DNA from: a virus
Lineage: Duplodnaviria > Caudoviricetes
Length of the DNA: 54,069 nucleotides
IMG/VR virus record: IMGVR_UViG_3300036768_000196
Coordinates: 1-54,069 of that record
Reading direction: 5' to 3' (one strand)
Position numbers and translations under genes: made by a program. Below are positions 9,365 to 20,679 of the stretch, piece by piece (positions within the stretch are counted from its first letter, which is position 1; every line of letters begins with the position of its first letter). Below the pieces are notes generated by a model that had not been told where the DNA came from, searched no databases, and worked only from the letters and a program-made list of their open reading frames with translations.

Positions 9365-12300
9365 TTATTTACCTACATAGTCAAGGAATTTACGAACTCC
9401 GATTGGTGTTTTAGCACCCATTTGAAGGCGTTCCAGTTTGGTAGTCATTCGATTAATGGCAGCTTCCCCAATCATCTTTTCAAGTTTTGGGAAATCCCCG
9501 TTAATTTCATAGTATTGTTGAATTAGGTCTGGAAGTTTATCAGCAGAGCCTAGCATGGCAGTGCGCTTGATTTTATCGGAAAGCTCTGCCACTCGCTTGC
9601 TGGTTTCTTTCTCTTGCGCTGAACTGTAATAATCAAGTTCTCTTACAATGCCTTCTGGCAGGCTATAAAGATTGAATTTGCGTAAGAGATTCTCTCCTTC
9701 AGTGCGTGGATATACTCCCACTAAAGGATCTCTTAGTTTGGTGCCCATTGCACCGCCTTCTGGTAATTTTGGAGAGAATACATCAGAGTTTGCTTCGTAT
9801 AGTCCTTGTAATGCTCTTGGTAACATTGCCCGTTTGCCTAGAGCAACGCTGACTGGATCTTCAATATCCGTTACCATTCCTGCAATGTCTTTCGAACGTT
9901 GTATAACGTCTCCCATGAATGGCAATAATCCCTCGAAGGTAGGATCAATAATTGATCCAGTATCAAATCTACCTGATAGGTTAATACCAGTTAATTTGGA
10001 GATAGCACCATGAGTTATCCATGACAAGCCAGGATTTTCAAATGCAAGCTTTGCTAATGAATTCCTGATGGAATAGTCTTTTACCTTTGCCCAAAGATCC
10101 GTTGGTAGCATTCTCTTGATGAATTCCCATGCCGCATCCACGGTGGCAATTCCGTAAGCACCTCTCGCTCCAGCCAAAGTAAGGTTAAGCATTAATGCTG
10201 TTGTTAATGGGAGATAGTCACCGGTCTGTACACCATGCTTTCCGAGGGCATAAAGCTGATTAAAGATATTTACCTTGTATGTTTGCAGCGTAGATAATGC
10301 TGTTCCTAATGCTCCCATTCTGTTGAATAATGGTGCTCGCTCTGTTCTCCTATAGTCAGCCATTGACAACTTGGTAAGTTCTTCCGCTTTCTGGAACATT
10401 TCCATTTCCATGCCTTTGAACTTACCTGATTCATGTAGATGATGCACGAATGACATGAAGGTATATGCACGGGTGATTTGCTCCGCTAATGTCATGTTAA
10501 GTGCTGCCGCTTTTTCAGCCAAAGCAACACCAGCGGGCAGAGAAAGTTCTGCAACATCTGACAATGGAGTGATGTTGATTACTCCATTGTCCACTGCATA
10601 CTTACTTGCAAGGTATCCTATTTCTGATGAGAATGTTCCTCTTTTATGATAGTTATCAAGGAACAGCCCCACAGAATCCATTGTTGATTTGGAGATCGTA
10701 GAAATAGGATTGAAATTATACCCCTCTTTCAATAGTTTTAAGTGCCACGGCATCGTATTGACAGGCTGAGTTAGGGATACAGCAGTGAATCCTGGCTCGA
10801 AAAAGCCAAGGGTAAATAGATAGAAAAGACGTCGTGGAACGTCGATAACCTTTGATAAAGTGGATCTGCTTACACCAAGAGCTTTTGCTACTTCTCCTTC
10901 AATAGCAGAAAAGATTGGCTTTTCTCCAAATCCAAGCCGATTCTTCATGTACTCCTGTGCAATTTTTATTGCATTCTGATGAAGTTTTTGAAGGTTTTCA
11001 TCAGAGAAGACCTGCTTGGCTTTCTGCACAGCCGCCTGATCTTCTGCCCATTTGAACGCATTTTCTATGTAGTTTACTTGTTGCTTAAAGAATTCGATAG
11101 CATCATTCCTGCTCCAAGGACGATCTCCAATGAATCCTCGAATACCGGCTTTATGTTCAAAGTGTTTCGACTGAGCCAATTCATTGAAGCCGGTGGCAGC
11201 AACATAATCCTCGTAAATGGATTTCAGGGTTTCTACACGAGGATCATTTCTGTCCAGTACTTGCAGAAGTTCATAGTAACCTGCTTCTGCTTTGCTTGAG
11301 GTCAGTGGATTCTTTGATCTTGAATAAGTAAGTTTTGACCTTTTGAGATCAATGTCATCGAAGTTTTTCTTTACATATTCGAAAGCCTTCTCTGCTCCCC
11401 ACCGTGTTTGGGCAGCAATCCACCAGACAAGCTTTCCATCGTTTGTGTAAACAGGGATTCTCCAATCACCGTTCCACCGAGAAGCAAAGTATGCTTCGAG
11501 ACGTGTCAATGGCTTTTTTCCCATTGCTATCAGGGCATTGTTTTCTGCTTCGTATGCCCTGTCAAAAGCTTCACGAAGCTTGCTGTAGGCAGCTACTACT
11601 TTTGGATTAGCTCCAGCTTTCTGAAGTGCTTCTGGTCCGTATTGTTTACCTTCTTTGAATTCCTTCAAAAGGATATCAACCAGAAGCCTCAAATCCTTTT
11701 CAGATCTTCCAATTGCTTTGATACTTTCTACAACGGGATCTGCATACTTTGTTATACTATACTGAGCACGTTTCTCAGCATTGTCGGCCCATTGAACTAC
11801 GGCAGAAATGATTGGATTCTTTTTTATTTCTGCCATCATGGCTCCGCCGCCAATCAGAGCAACGTTATCTGAAACTGGATTTGATTTCAGAGCTTCGTTG
11901 ATTACAGTATCAACTGGGACATCTTTTGGAATAAGGGCGTCTTTTACACTGGAATAAGGGAGGATTTTCTTGTATGATTCAAGCTGTGTAATATCCTTTT
12001 GTCCAGTAAAAACAAATAAATCTTTTGTTTTACCAATAAGATCTGAAAGTTTCTTTAATCCTTCTTCGAAAACCTTGGGGTCGATGGCACCCATTTGCTT
12101 TTTGAAAGCAGCAATTTTGTTTGGTTCCCATTTTACTTTGGGGATTTCTGTTTCTGTTGTTGTTGGGTTTATTTCTCCAGATTTTCTGATACCACCCGGA
12201 TATTTAAGAGATGGAATATCTCCTTCATAAACAGAACCATAAAGTCCTTTTAGTTCAGTACCAAACTGATATGGATACATACCATATAGTTTCATGAATT

Positions 12301-13303
12301 CTGCGAATTCATTTTGCAATTTGGCAAGTGCTTCAGTATTTCCTTTTTCTTTATATTGTTCTGCTTTTGCTATAAACTCATTGATTTTTTCAGAAACTTC
12401 TGGAGAATTTAGTACTTCCAACCTTAATGGGAAATCTATAGTTGGAACTTCCGCTGCCATCCCTTGCACAACTTTTCCAGTATCTGGATCTAGGTAACGA
12501 ACACCTCCATCATCAACTGGATATTCCTCTTTATCAAGAAGTGTAAGTAGTGATTCTCTTGGAGTAATCGTTTGTTCTTTCTCTAGATTACGTACACTCC
12601 TGTCATTAATTGGGTATTTGTCTTTATCAAGAAGTTCAAGTTTTAATTTTTCTGGTTCAATTTTATCAAGATTGTCAAGAATCTTGGCATTTTCATCCAG
12701 TTTTACTTTAGGCTCTAGATTCTCTGGTTTTGTTTTAAGTTGTTTTTCTAGTGCTCTTTTACCTGCACCAAGAGGCATGAAATTCAGAAGGGTTTCTGCT
12801 GCAATGCCAGCAGCGAGTTCTCCTTCTGATCCACCGATTGCACTTCCGATTTCTCTTGCTTTTTCAATTGGATACTGGAATACGTCGCTAAGAGCTTGTG
12901 TATATGCAGCACCACGCTCCGTCTTTGGCTCGGCACCAAAGAACTTATTCAAGCTCTCTTGAACGTACTTTTGTTGTTGTGCAGCAGCATCAATGCCCTG
13001 TCCACTCACAGCAGCACCAGCACCAACCAATCCACCAGCAACATAGCCCGGCATCTGTCTCAAAAGAGTGCTACCAGCCTCAAACATTCCCTGCATTTCT
13101 TCGGGCTGCTGATGAAGTTGCTGCTTGAATTGATCCATTGGAGAAAGCTGTGCTTGCTCCGGTTGCTGTTGCTGTTGTGGCGGAGAAGGCTGCTGTTGTT
13201 TCAGTGAATTATGATATTGATTAGCCCATTTCCATGCAGTGATTTCATCTGGGGCATCTACATCATAATCAACACCGTCAACTGTAACTACCCACTGATT
13301 CAT
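9365..13303 (-). CDS. Large internal virion/DNA ejection protein (putative)
   Basis: 1312 aa, helical, at the end of the podovirus structural arm. Confidence 0.65.
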   Translation of the reverse strand: MNQWVVTVDGVDYDVDAPDEITAWKWANQYHNSLKQQQPSPPQQQQQPEQAQLSPMDQFKQQLHQQPEEMQGMFEAGSTLLRQMPGYVAGGLVGAGAAVSGQGIDAAAQQQKYVQESLNKFFGAEPKTERGAAYTQALSDVFQYPIEKAREIGSAIGGSEGELAAGIAAETLLNFMPLGAGKRALEKQLKTKPENLEPKVKLDENAKILDNLDKIEPEKLKLELLDKDKYPINDRSVRNLEKEQTITPRESLLTLLDKEEYPVDDGGVRYLDPDTGKVVQGMAAEVPTIDFPLRLEVLNSPEVSEKINEFIAKAEQYKEKGNTEALAKLQNEFAEFMKLYGMYPYQFGTELKGLYGSVYEGDIPSLKYPGGIRKSGEINPTTTETEIPKVKWEPNKIAAFKKQMGAIDPKVFEEGLKKLSDLIGKTKDLFVFTGQKDITQLESYKKILPYSSVKDALIPKDVPVDTVINEALKSNPVSDNVALIGGGAMMAEIKKNPIISAVVQWADNAEKRAQYSITKYADPVVESIKAIGRSEKDLRLLVDILLKEFKEGKQYGPEALQKAGANPKVVAAYSKLREAFDRAYEAENNALIAMGKKPLTRLEAYFASRWNGDWRIPVYTNDGKLVWWIAAQTRWGAEKAFEYVKKNFDDIDLKRSKLTYSRSKNPLTSSKAEAGYYELLQVLDRNDPRVETLKSIYEDYVAATGFNELAQSKHFEHKAGIRGFIGDRPWSRNDAIEFFKQQVNYIENAFKWAEDQAAVQKAKQVFSDENLQKLHQNAIKIAQEYMKNRLGFGEKPIFSAIEGEVAKALGVSRSTLSKVIDVPRRLFYLFTLGFFEPGFTAVSLTQPVNTMPWHLKLLKEGYNFNPISTISKSTMDSVGLFLDNYHKRGTFSSEIGYLASKYAVDNGVINITPLSDVAELSLPAGVALAEKAAALNMTLAEQITRAYTFMSFVHHLHESGKFKGMEMEMFQKAEELTKLSMADYRRTERAPLFNRMGALGTALSTLQTYKVNIFNQLYALGKHGVQTGDYLPLTTALMLNLTLAGARGAYGIATVDAAWEFIKRMLPTDLWAKVKDYSIRNSLAKLAFENPGLSWITHGAISKLTGINLSGRFDTGSIIDPTFEGLLPFMGDVIQRSKDIAGMVTDIEDPVSVALGKRAMLPRALQGLYEANSDVFSPKLPEGGAMGTKLRDPLVGVYPRTEGENLLRKFNLYSLPEGIVRELDYYSSAQEKETSKRVAELSDKIKRTAMLGSADKLPDLIQQYYEINGDFPKLEKMIGEAAINRMTTKLERLQMGAKTPIGVRKFLDYVGK

Positions 13304-13306
13304 AAA

Positions 13307-14281
13307 TTATCGACGAGGACGAACAGCGCCAGGAGGAGGAATATCTGGTACAGTAGGTACATTATTGATTTGAGGAATAGGTCCAAGTCCACCTTGACCT
13401 CCATATGGCGTCATCGGAGTTGGTTGCGAATGTGTTGGAATACGGCCACCAGTTGCCGCACCAATATCTGGTTTTCCAGCTTGTTGTTGTTGAGCAGCGG
13501 CTTGTTTCATTTGAATATCAAGCATATAGACGGTGTTGGCACGCTGAGTCAAGTTGTTAATCATTTCAATACGTTTAGCTTCGATCTCAGGATCTCCACT
13601 ATTTGGAGAATTTTTGAGTGCTTCTGCCTGCTCGATTAAACGAATAACTTCTTGCTGGTATGTTTTTGACATCATGCTGGAAACAGAGAGCTTCAATTTT
13701 TGAAGATCCATTGCAGCCTGATTTTTAAGTGTCTGTAGAGCAAGAGCACGTCTTGTCATTTCTTGCTGCTTCAATGCTTCGTCTAAAATTCTTTGTCTAC
13801 CTTGTTCCTTGATTTCCTGAAGTCTGCCTTGAGTTTGAATGTCTCGTTTAACTCGTTCTGGTTCTGCAGCACGCTTAACCCATTCCTTCATTAGCACATC
13901 GCGTTGTTCAGGAGACAATGATATGAATTTCTGTGCAAACTGAGGAGGAACACCAGAATACTCAACTGCACCTTGTGGGTCATTGTACTTAAGCATGTAA
14001 TTAAAGAAGTTGTCAGTAGCTTCCCTTCTACGTCTCTGTTCTGCTTCTTTAATCTCTCCTTCTGTTTTTTTGTTAACAAGCCCTCGAAAAGCAGCCTCTT
14101 GTTTCTTTAGCTCAATGTCAAGAGGTAACATCTGCTCGTTCCTGTACATATCTTGTAACACACGAGCACGATTTACCTCTGCTGTTTGAAGGTCTGATAG
14201 GTTTTTTGCTCGTCCTTCTGCCCGTTCCTGTCCTTTGAAAAAGGCACCTATTCCGGGATCTTCCCAAGTAAAGTCAGCCAT
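13307..14281 (-). CDS. Internal virion/ejection protein (putative)
   Basis: Q/E/R-rich coiled coil; genomic position. Confidence 0.55.
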   Translation of the reverse strand: MADFTWEDPGIGAFFKGQERAEGRAKNLSDLQTAEVNRARVLQDMYRNEQMLPLDIELKKQEAAFRGLVNKKTEGEIKEAEQRRRREATDNFFNYMLKYNDPQGAVEYSGVPPQFAQKFISLSPEQRDVLMKEWVKRAAEPERVKRDIQTQGRLQEIKEQGRQRILDEALKQQEMTRRALALQTLKNQAAMDLQKLKLSVSSMMSKTYQQEVIRLIEQAEALKNSPNSGDPEIEAKRIEMINNLTQRANTVYMLDIQMKQAAAQQQQAGKPDIGAATGGRIPTHSQPTPMTPYGGQGGLGPIPQINNVPTVPDIPPPGAVRPRR

Positions 14282-14284
14282 AGA

Positions 14285-16039
14285 TTAATCCCACCATCCA
14301 GAAATAACATCCCATATATCTTTTCCAGTGTTTATGACATTCTTGATATCATTCCAAACATTGTCAACAGAACCTCCTGCACCAAAGAATTGAGGAATGC
14401 CCTGCCAAGCATTTGCCTGCCTGCCTGCCGCTTCCCTGAATAATGATGCAACTGCAAGAGGTTGATAAATTCTTTCAATAGATTGCTGTAAACCTCTGCG
14501 ATAATCTGCTAAACGGCTTTGGGCAAGTTGTTGCAGTTTTGCAGTGCGATTGATATCATTTGACAGTCTTCCCTGAGCGGCATCAATTCCTGCCAAGCGA
14601 TTGGCTTCTAGATTCAATATAGACTGCATTTCAGGAGATTGTAGATAGGCATTTGGATTCTCGTAAGATTCACGTAATTTATTAATATACGGACTTGCTT
14701 GCTCCTGCATTTGTCCTGCAATCTGTCTCAGCGTGTCTGCATATTCTTTTGATTGCCTTGCGCCATAAATGGCTGAGAGCAATCCTAGCAGGCCATTAGA
14801 ATTTCCTCCTACATTACCCATTTGATTTCCTCCTCTACCACCACCTCCACCTCCTCCTCCAAATAATCTTCCAGCAATATTACCAATCTGCCCAATTCTA
14901 CGAAGTAGATCTCCTACCCCCGGAGTAGCTGGATTACTTGTAATCGGAGGTTCAAACCCCGGTTCTGTAAACCAAGGATCATCAATTGTAACAATGGGAT
15001 CATCAATCGGGGGAGCAAACCCAGGCTCTGTAAACCAAGGATCTATTGCTCCAGCTGCTGCTCCTGCTCCTCCAGCCCCTATTTCAGTAAGTGGAGGTAG
15101 TTCTGACATTATTGGTGCACTTGGCATAGAAATTGGAAATGACTCAGCAACACCGGTTCCTAGAGCTTCTCCAGCACCAGCAGCAGCTTCTCCACCTCCT
15201 ATTAATCCAGCAGAAGCCAGTCCTCCAAACAGGAAAGGTAATCCAATTATTGAAGCTAATGCCAAGTTACCAAAACTGTCATTTGTATCCCAATATTGTT
15301 TCTGAATTCCTTGTGTTTGTGGAACCCATACATCGCCCTGTCTTACATATGGGATAATTGTACCTTCTTTCTCTCCAGTTTTAATTTTGAATCCCATAAT
15401 ATTGGGATTATTTGGATCAGTGATAATATCCCAATTAGCATGGTGTCCAAACACAGAGGTTCCCCAGACACCATAATCTGACGGATTACCTCTAAATTTT
15501 AATTCTGGTGCTATGTATCTTGTGTATGGCCCATTCCCTGAGTCTCCTCCTTCACCCGGAACAGTTTCTGTTTGTAAGATTGATTCCCAATCATGTGGCC
15601 CACTATAATAATCAGACATTGAATAGTTCTGATAATTTTGCCATGCTCTCATGGCATCAGAAAGATTATTCTCATATGGTCCCCAATTAATATCTGAAAC
15701 ACGAAAATATGGCATGTCCCCAATACCAGGTATATTAAGAAATTTAGGAGACCAAGGCTGTTCATTAGTAGGTCCAGAAGTTTGAACTGGAGAAGCAGTT
15801 ACTTTATTAGTATTAGTGGCATAAGAGTAATCAGAATATTGACCATCCCAAACAAATGGTTTTTTATCAATAATACGTCCTCGAATACCATAAGGATCAG
15901 AGGGATCTATAACATTTTGTGGAGTAGTATAAGTATTACTTGGAGTTCCACTTACACTATTGATCAAATAGGGATTTGATTCATATAAATTTGATCCATC
16001 ATCTATCATCCTGCGATTGAGATAATTACCGATTGCCAT
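14285..16039 (-). CDS. Internal virion/ejection protein (putative)
   Basis: Gly/Ala-rich hydrophobic segments, DPWFTEPGF duplicated, C-terminal helical region. Confidence 0.55.
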   Translation of the reverse strand: MAIGNYLNRRMIDDGSNLYESNPYLINSVSGTPSNTYTTPQNVIDPSDPYGIRGRIIDKKPFVWDGQYSDYSYATNTNKVTASPVQTSGPTNEQPWSPKFLNIPGIGDMPYFRVSDINWGPYENNLSDAMRAWQNYQNYSMSDYYSGPHDWESILQTETVPGEGGDSGNGPYTRYIAPELKFRGNPSDYGVWGTSVFGHHANWDIITDPNNPNIMGFKIKTGEKEGTIIPYVRQGDVWVPQTQGIQKQYWDTNDSFGNLALASIIGLPFLFGGLASAGLIGGGEAAAGAGEALGTGVAESFPISMPSAPIMSELPPLTEIGAGGAGAAAGAIDPWFTEPGFAPPIDDPIVTIDDPWFTEPGFEPPITSNPATPGVGDLLRRIGQIGNIAGRLFGGGGGGGGRGGNQMGNVGGNSNGLLGLLSAIYGARQSKEYADTLRQIAGQMQEQASPYINKLRESYENPNAYLQSPEMQSILNLEANRLAGIDAAQGRLSNDINRTAKLQQLAQSRLADYRRGLQQSIERIYQPLAVASLFREAAGRQANAWQGIPQFFGAGGSVDNVWNDIKNVINTGKDIWDVISGWWD

Positions 16040-16040
16040 A

Positions 16041-16520
16041 TCAAACCTTTGTTATGTAAAAACCTTCAATAAGGAATGTAGAATCTGTTGCTGCTATATT
16101 ATGTGAGATCAATATTTCTGGATCTCCAGTCGTATTATTGGTTCTAACTTTAATGTTGGTATATTTAGTTCCATCTGACAATTTTGTCATAGTCAATGAA
16201 TTTTGACCTAGCCAATCACCAGCAGCATATGTTTTAGGAGCAATACAAGGAAATGGAGCCGTCAATACGTCACCAGAGTTGAATGATACTGTAGCTCCGC
16301 CGCCAAGCGGATTATTGATATCAGGGCAAATTTCTATGTGTACGAACACGACACCATTCAGTCTCTGATAGTATCCACGTTGGTCTGATACAGATGCATT
16401 ACTGAATCTTACTGCAAGATGATTAGGATCAAATGTTCCTGACTTAAAAGAAGTCATTATCGAGTTGAAATTTGCAGCATTAACGGGGTCATCCCCTTTC
16501 CACAATACAAGCTTTCTCAT
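16041..16520 (-). CDS. Putative tail-associated protein
   Basis: Position; beta-rich. Confidence 0.5.
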   Translation of the reverse strand: MRKLVLWKGDDPVNAANFNSIMTSFKSGTFDPNHLAVRFSNASVSDQRGYYQRLNGVVFVHIEICPDINNPLGGGATVSFNSGDVLTAPFPCIAPKTYAAGDWLGQNSLTMTKLSDGTKYTNIKVRTNNTTGDPEILISHNIAATDSTFLIEGFYITKV

Positions 16521-18151
16521 CTCGTTCCTAAATTATAAGCTACTTCGACTTTATCAAGCATGATATTGGAAGTGCCCATGAATTTAAGCCTTACTGCCAG
16601 ATAGCGATATCTACCTATGTTATGCCAACGAAGTGCCTGATGCTTCAGTGACTGAGGTTGGGTTTTTGAATAATACACTGTCCATCCAGAATAATCTGTT
16701 TTTCCTGTCCAAGCCAGATTAACAGTATTGTTTCCAAAATCGCCATATACATCTATATATTTTATGTGCTTTTGCCAACCAACTCCAAAATCAGCGATAT
16801 CAAATACAATTTCGGCAGTAGTGTTTGCACTTCCACTATAGAACTTGTCTATGTAGTAAAAATTGACAGTACCATTACTCAAGTAGGATGACACAAAATA
16901 GGTTTTCCATTGTGCGTTATCAGCAGTTGGGGCCAGTTGAATAAACCCAGGTGGTTTTACTTCGATTCCCCACAAGTAACCAGATGAGTCTGATGGAACA
17001 AAATCAAACCATTGGTTTTGCTTTGTGCTGTAGCTTATGTAAGGAAATCCCTTTACTGTCTGAGTTTCTCCAACATAACCTGATTGTACGTATCCTTGGT
17101 CAACGTATAAGGCAGCGCCGAATCCACAGTTAAATAATAGAACAGGATCGCCATGGAAATCTGCCATGTACAGCGTTGTGTTGAATGGTTGAGCACCTGT
17201 AACACTTTCGTTATTGAGCAGAGAATCTACATAAAAATTCGAAATTCGTTTTACGACAAAGTTATCTATCTTATAGATACCATATCCAAATCTATCTTCA
17301 TAAGATAGGAAATAAATGTTATCACCAGACTGTGTGATATTATTCGCTATTTTTACGCCATAGAGTTGTTGATACGCTTCCTGTCGAACAAGAGGAGAAC
17401 CAAGCTCAATAGCACCATCCTGAAAGAATTCTATACTTTGTGTAGAGAAAGCAACAAGATAGTTTTTATAAAGCAAAATAGCGATAAGATCATCTCCTCT
17501 TGCTTCTGGGACAATATAGTCAGTGCTATTCCAGGTAGTATACTGCCCAGGAGGAGTATTATAGATCCTTAAGTCTTTTCCTATTAAAAATAACCTTCCA
17601 TTGTAAAATACTGATTGATGTGGAGCATTGGTAGAAGTATTTCCAAACGAAAGAGAACTGGAAACTGTAATTGTTTTTGCAGTAGCATTATATTGATAAG
17701 AATGCAGTGTATTCGTCGTATTGTTTTTCAGGATTCCTGCATACAGCCGATCAGTTCCAGACGGGTTTGTAACCTGGAACATTGATTTGAAAGTATAGTT
17801 ATCTGCTCCAGTAAAATCTAGAACAGGAACTTCATCATTAAGGTAAATCCTTCTGCCTTTACAGATATACTGTCCATCAGAAGAAACAGCAGTAATTTCA
17901 TCAGAGCCAGATGACGGAAATGACTTGGATTGTGGGATAATTGCAGGACACTTGGTTAATACCCATTTATCATCTGTATTTTGCAATACGATTCTTTTAG
18001 GATAGCAGTTGATAAACCGTTGTCCTTGATAAACAGGAGTGTATGTTTCTGCTGTTCCTGGTCCAACATCTCCAGCAATAGTTTGCCCGCCAATGATTGG
18101 CAGAGCTTTGACATGGTGTGTGGAAGATTCTGGAGTATCAGTAAAAGCCAT
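16517..18151 (-). CDS. Tail nozzle/DNA stabilization protein (P22 gp10/T7 gp12-like)
   Basis: 544 aa with beta-propeller-like character; FINCYP and LVAFSTQSIEFF; follows the adaptor gene. Confidence 0.7.
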   Translation of the reverse strand: MAFTDTPESSTHHVKALPIIGGQTIAGDVGPGTAETYTPVYQGQRFINCYPKRIVLQNTDDKWVLTKCPAIIPQSKSFPSSGSDEITAVSSDGQYICKGRRIYLNDEVPVLDFTGADNYTFKSMFQVTNPSGTDRLYAGILKNNTTNTLHSYQYNATAKTITVSSSLSFGNTSTNAPHQSVFYNGRLFLIGKDLRIYNTPPGQYTTWNSTDYIVPEARGDDLIAILLYKNYLVAFSTQSIEFFQDGAIELGSPLVRQEAYQQLYGVKIANNITQSGDNIYFLSYEDRFGYGIYKIDNFVVKRISNFYVDSLLNNESVTGAQPFNTTLYMADFHGDPVLLFNCGFGAALYVDQGYVQSGYVGETQTVKGFPYISYSTKQNQWFDFVPSDSSGYLWGIEVKPPGFIQLAPTADNAQWKTYFVSSYLSNGTVNFYYIDKFYSGSANTTAEIVFDIADFGVGWQKHIKYIDVYGDFGNNTVNLAWTGKTDYSGWTVYYSKTQPQSLKHQALRWHNIGRYRYLAVRLKFMGTSNIMLDKVEVAYNLGTR

Positions 18152-18153
18152 GC

Positions 18154-18885
18154 TTACCTACGTCGTGCAGGAGTAATGAAAAATGATCCCTCTTCCGTTC
18201 CAAAAGATAATGCAGCCTCTAGAATAGAATCTGCTTCTTTTTTCAGAACAATTCGTTCATTCAATGACAATCCATATTCTGGAGCAAGCCTCGATGCAAG
18301 TTGATAAATAAGTGCTTCGTGCCATTCAACAGGAAAGTCTGGCTCATCGCTGCTGGAATCGAAGTCCTGAAATTGACGATGATACCTGATATATAATTGC
18401 CCGTTCGTTTGCCAGAAATAGTCTGGCATCGGCCATAGAGAAATTGTCCCACTATATGCACCAGGAAGATAGAATAGTTTTATCGGTGCCCCAGACGCTC
18501 TCTTTGATGACAGTGCCTGATAATCCTCATAAGTAGTGATCTCAAGAGGAACATCCAATGGTTGACTAGTGACAGAGTTATCCCTACGAACTGCCTGTAG
18601 AATTTTTAGAGGTTTATCTACCTGATTTATCGTGGCTCCGGGACCAATGGTTACTGATGGATTTGAAGCCCAGTTAGACATTGCAATGTATTTTTCAGAA
18701 ATTGCCCAAAGAGGCATTCCTTGTGCTGCTAATGCCTTTATCATGGGATTCAGTGCGGCAATACCTATATTCAATCTGGTACTATCAATTGTTTCATAAT
18801 CTCCTAATGCCCCTATTTTTCTAAAGGCAGCAGAGATTATTGAATCTCTTGATGACGTCCAGTCATAAGAATTGGAAGTAGGCAT
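18154..18885 (-). CDS. Head-tail adaptor (P22 gp4/T7 gp11-like)
   Basis: IISAAFRKIG...LN...LWP.P...FPVEWHEALIYQLASRLAPEYG. Confidence 0.75.
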   Translation of the reverse strand: MPTSNSYDWTSSRDSIISAAFRKIGALGDYETIDSTRLNIGIAALNPMIKALAAQGMPLWAISEKYIAMSNWASNPSVTIGPGATINQVDKPLKILQAVRRDNSVTSQPLDVPLEITTYEDYQALSSKRASGAPIKLFYLPGAYSGTISLWPMPDYFWQTNGQLYIRYHRQFQDFDSSSDEPDFPVEWHEALIYQLASRLAPEYGLSLNERIVLKKEADSILEAALSFGTEEGSFFITPARRR

Positions 18886-19292
18886 TATGGTACCTCAGCC
18901 GAAACAGTGTAGTTTGGTGAACTTGTCGAGATGATATTAGTTCCTCCCGAATCCGTAGCTATTTCTACTTTAATGACACCACTTGCAATTCCGGTAGATG
19001 AGACCGAATATCCAATATCTCGGTCTGCATTTAGTTGTTGCCACGTATTCAGGGTTCCGACGTTTGGAGTATCTCCACTAATGAGAGTGAAGCGGACAAA
19101 AAGAGACGTGTCTCCACCGCCAGTATGCCACTGATGTACCTGAGTAGTGCCTGTAGTGGTGGCGTGCCGGACCCATCCGTCAGTGCTGATCCGAAGTCTT
19201 GACGAGGCCGTCGGACTGTGAATATAACTTAAAGTCACTCCTGGAAGTGGATTCACGATTCCTCCACTCATGAACATCGGCCTACTAAACAT
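18885..19292 (-). CDS. Putative tail fibre-associated protein
   Basis: Beta-rich; follows the tail fibre gene. Confidence 0.5.
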   Translation of the reverse strand: MFSRPMFMSGGIVNPLPGVTLSYIHSPTASSRLRISTDGWVRHATTTGTTQVHQWHTGGGDTSLFVRFTLISGDTPNVGTLNTWQQLNADRDIGYSVSSTGIASGVIKVEIATDSGGTNIISTSSPNYTVSAEVP

Positions 19293-19293
19293 C

Positions 19294-20403
19294 TTAGCTC
19301 ACCCGAGTCCAAGTGCCTTCCCAACGCGATGCGGAAGACACATAAGTCAACACAAGCCACGTTACTGCATTTGCAGCGGTGTTGAGAGAGCCACTGACCT
19401 GTACGTTGCTTGGCAGTGTCACAGTACGCCCACCGGTAGCATCCTGCACAAACCGGATCTGCAACTGGGCACCATCCACAGCGTTCGTGATCGTCATCGA
19501 AGTGACATTGGCAGTCATCGTACCGAAGTAGATCGTGTTCGACTGGCTGCTATCAAATGTCGGTGTAGCACTAAATGCAACGTTTACTGGAGTAGTGAGA
19601 GCCCGTCCATTAGCTGCTAGTGCTGTGCCTGATACTGGCGCAGCAATCGTGACGTTACCGTTCTGTGAAACCGCAACACGTGGCGTGTTGTTTGTCCAGA
19701 TTTCAGTCGGGGTATTCGTGTTTGACCCGAAGACGGCCTTTGTTGGGTGGGCCGCAACGAATGCACTTGAGGCCCCATTCGCCCCATGTACTTCAATAGC
19801 AGTGAATCCGCTCGCGTGCGTATTTCTGAACGAGCTAACTATGTATCCATTTGTTGAACCGTATACATCTATGCCACTAAGATTACCAGAGCCAGCAGTT
19901 CCACCGTTAAACGATGCTGCGTATTGTGTGGCTACTCCGCTGACTGTAAGCGCAATTCCGCTGCTTCCGGTGATAGACTGGCTTGCAGTGAACGTGTTTG
20001 CAGCGTTTTTTAGAGGTACATTGCTGCTTAGGCGAGCATCTGATAGCGTTCCAGATGAAATGTTGCTAGCATTAAGATTAGTTATTGCAGATCCATCTCC
20101 AGAAAGAGTTCCAGAGATAGTACCCGTTACTGTTAGACCTGAAGAGGAGAAAAGACCTCTTTGTGTGCCGCCACAAGTAATTGCAAGCTGATCTGCTGCT
20201 GGAGAATAGACACCAGTATTGGTATCACCAACTATTGTAATTCCAGGTGCAGAAACAGTACCTGCAACAAAAGGTTGTGCTCCAGTAAAGGGAATGGAGC
20301 CGTCCCTTTCTATTTTTTCATTGTTCAAAGCAGTGAAGTTATTGTCAGTTTCACTGAAGGTTAGTGTACTTCCTTTTATAAGCCTAAGAGTTAGTGTTGC
20401 CAT
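19294..20403 (-). CDS. Tail fibre/spike protein
   Basis: KGSTLTFSETDNNF N-terminus; GTVSAPGI...DTNTG; NLNASNISSGTL; QDATGGRTVT C-terminal domain. Confidence 0.75.
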   Translation of the reverse strand: MATLTLRLIKGSTLTFSETDNNFTALNNEKIERDGSIPFTGAQPFVAGTVSAPGITIVGDTNTGVYSPAADQLAITCGGTQRGLFSSSGLTVTGTISGTLSGDGSAITNLNASNISSGTLSDARLSSNVPLKNAANTFTASQSITGSSGIALTVSGVATQYAASFNGGTAGSGNLSGIDVYGSTNGYIVSSFRNTHASGFTAIEVHGANGASSAFVAAHPTKAVFGSNTNTPTEIWTNNTPRVAVSQNGNVTIAAPVSGTALAANGRALTTPVNVAFSATPTFDSSQSNTIYFGTMTANVTSMTITNAVDGAQLQIRFVQDATGGRTVTLPSNVQVSGSLNTAANAVTWLVLTYVSSASRWEGTWTRVS

Positions 20404-20406
20404 ATT

Positions 20407-20679
20407 TTACAATCCGTTGTCAAATGTACCAGGTGGAACTGATTCAAATGGAATAGACCATGATGGAGAAACATCTGCTTCAGTTTCATGATAAGAAAAC
20501 GCAACTTTGTTCGTTTCTTCTGCTTTGATTTTTATCAAATCCTGCGGATGACGTGGTTCCCAGTCGTAGCGGCATACCCATAAACCATCCCATCTTTTCT
20601 TCATTTCATCAGATTTGAATCTCTGCCCACAGACTGGACAAACTACATTCCATGTACCAGGTTTATAGTAATCTTTCAT
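20407..20679 (-). CDS. Zn-ribbon-like phage protein
   Basis: CPVCG...WDGLWVC..DWEPRHPQD. Confidence 0.7.
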   Translation of the reverse strand: MKDYYKPGTWNVVCPVCGQRFKSDEMKKRWDGLWVCRYDWEPRHPQDLIKIKAEETNKVAFSYHETEADVSPSWSIPFESVPPGTFDNGL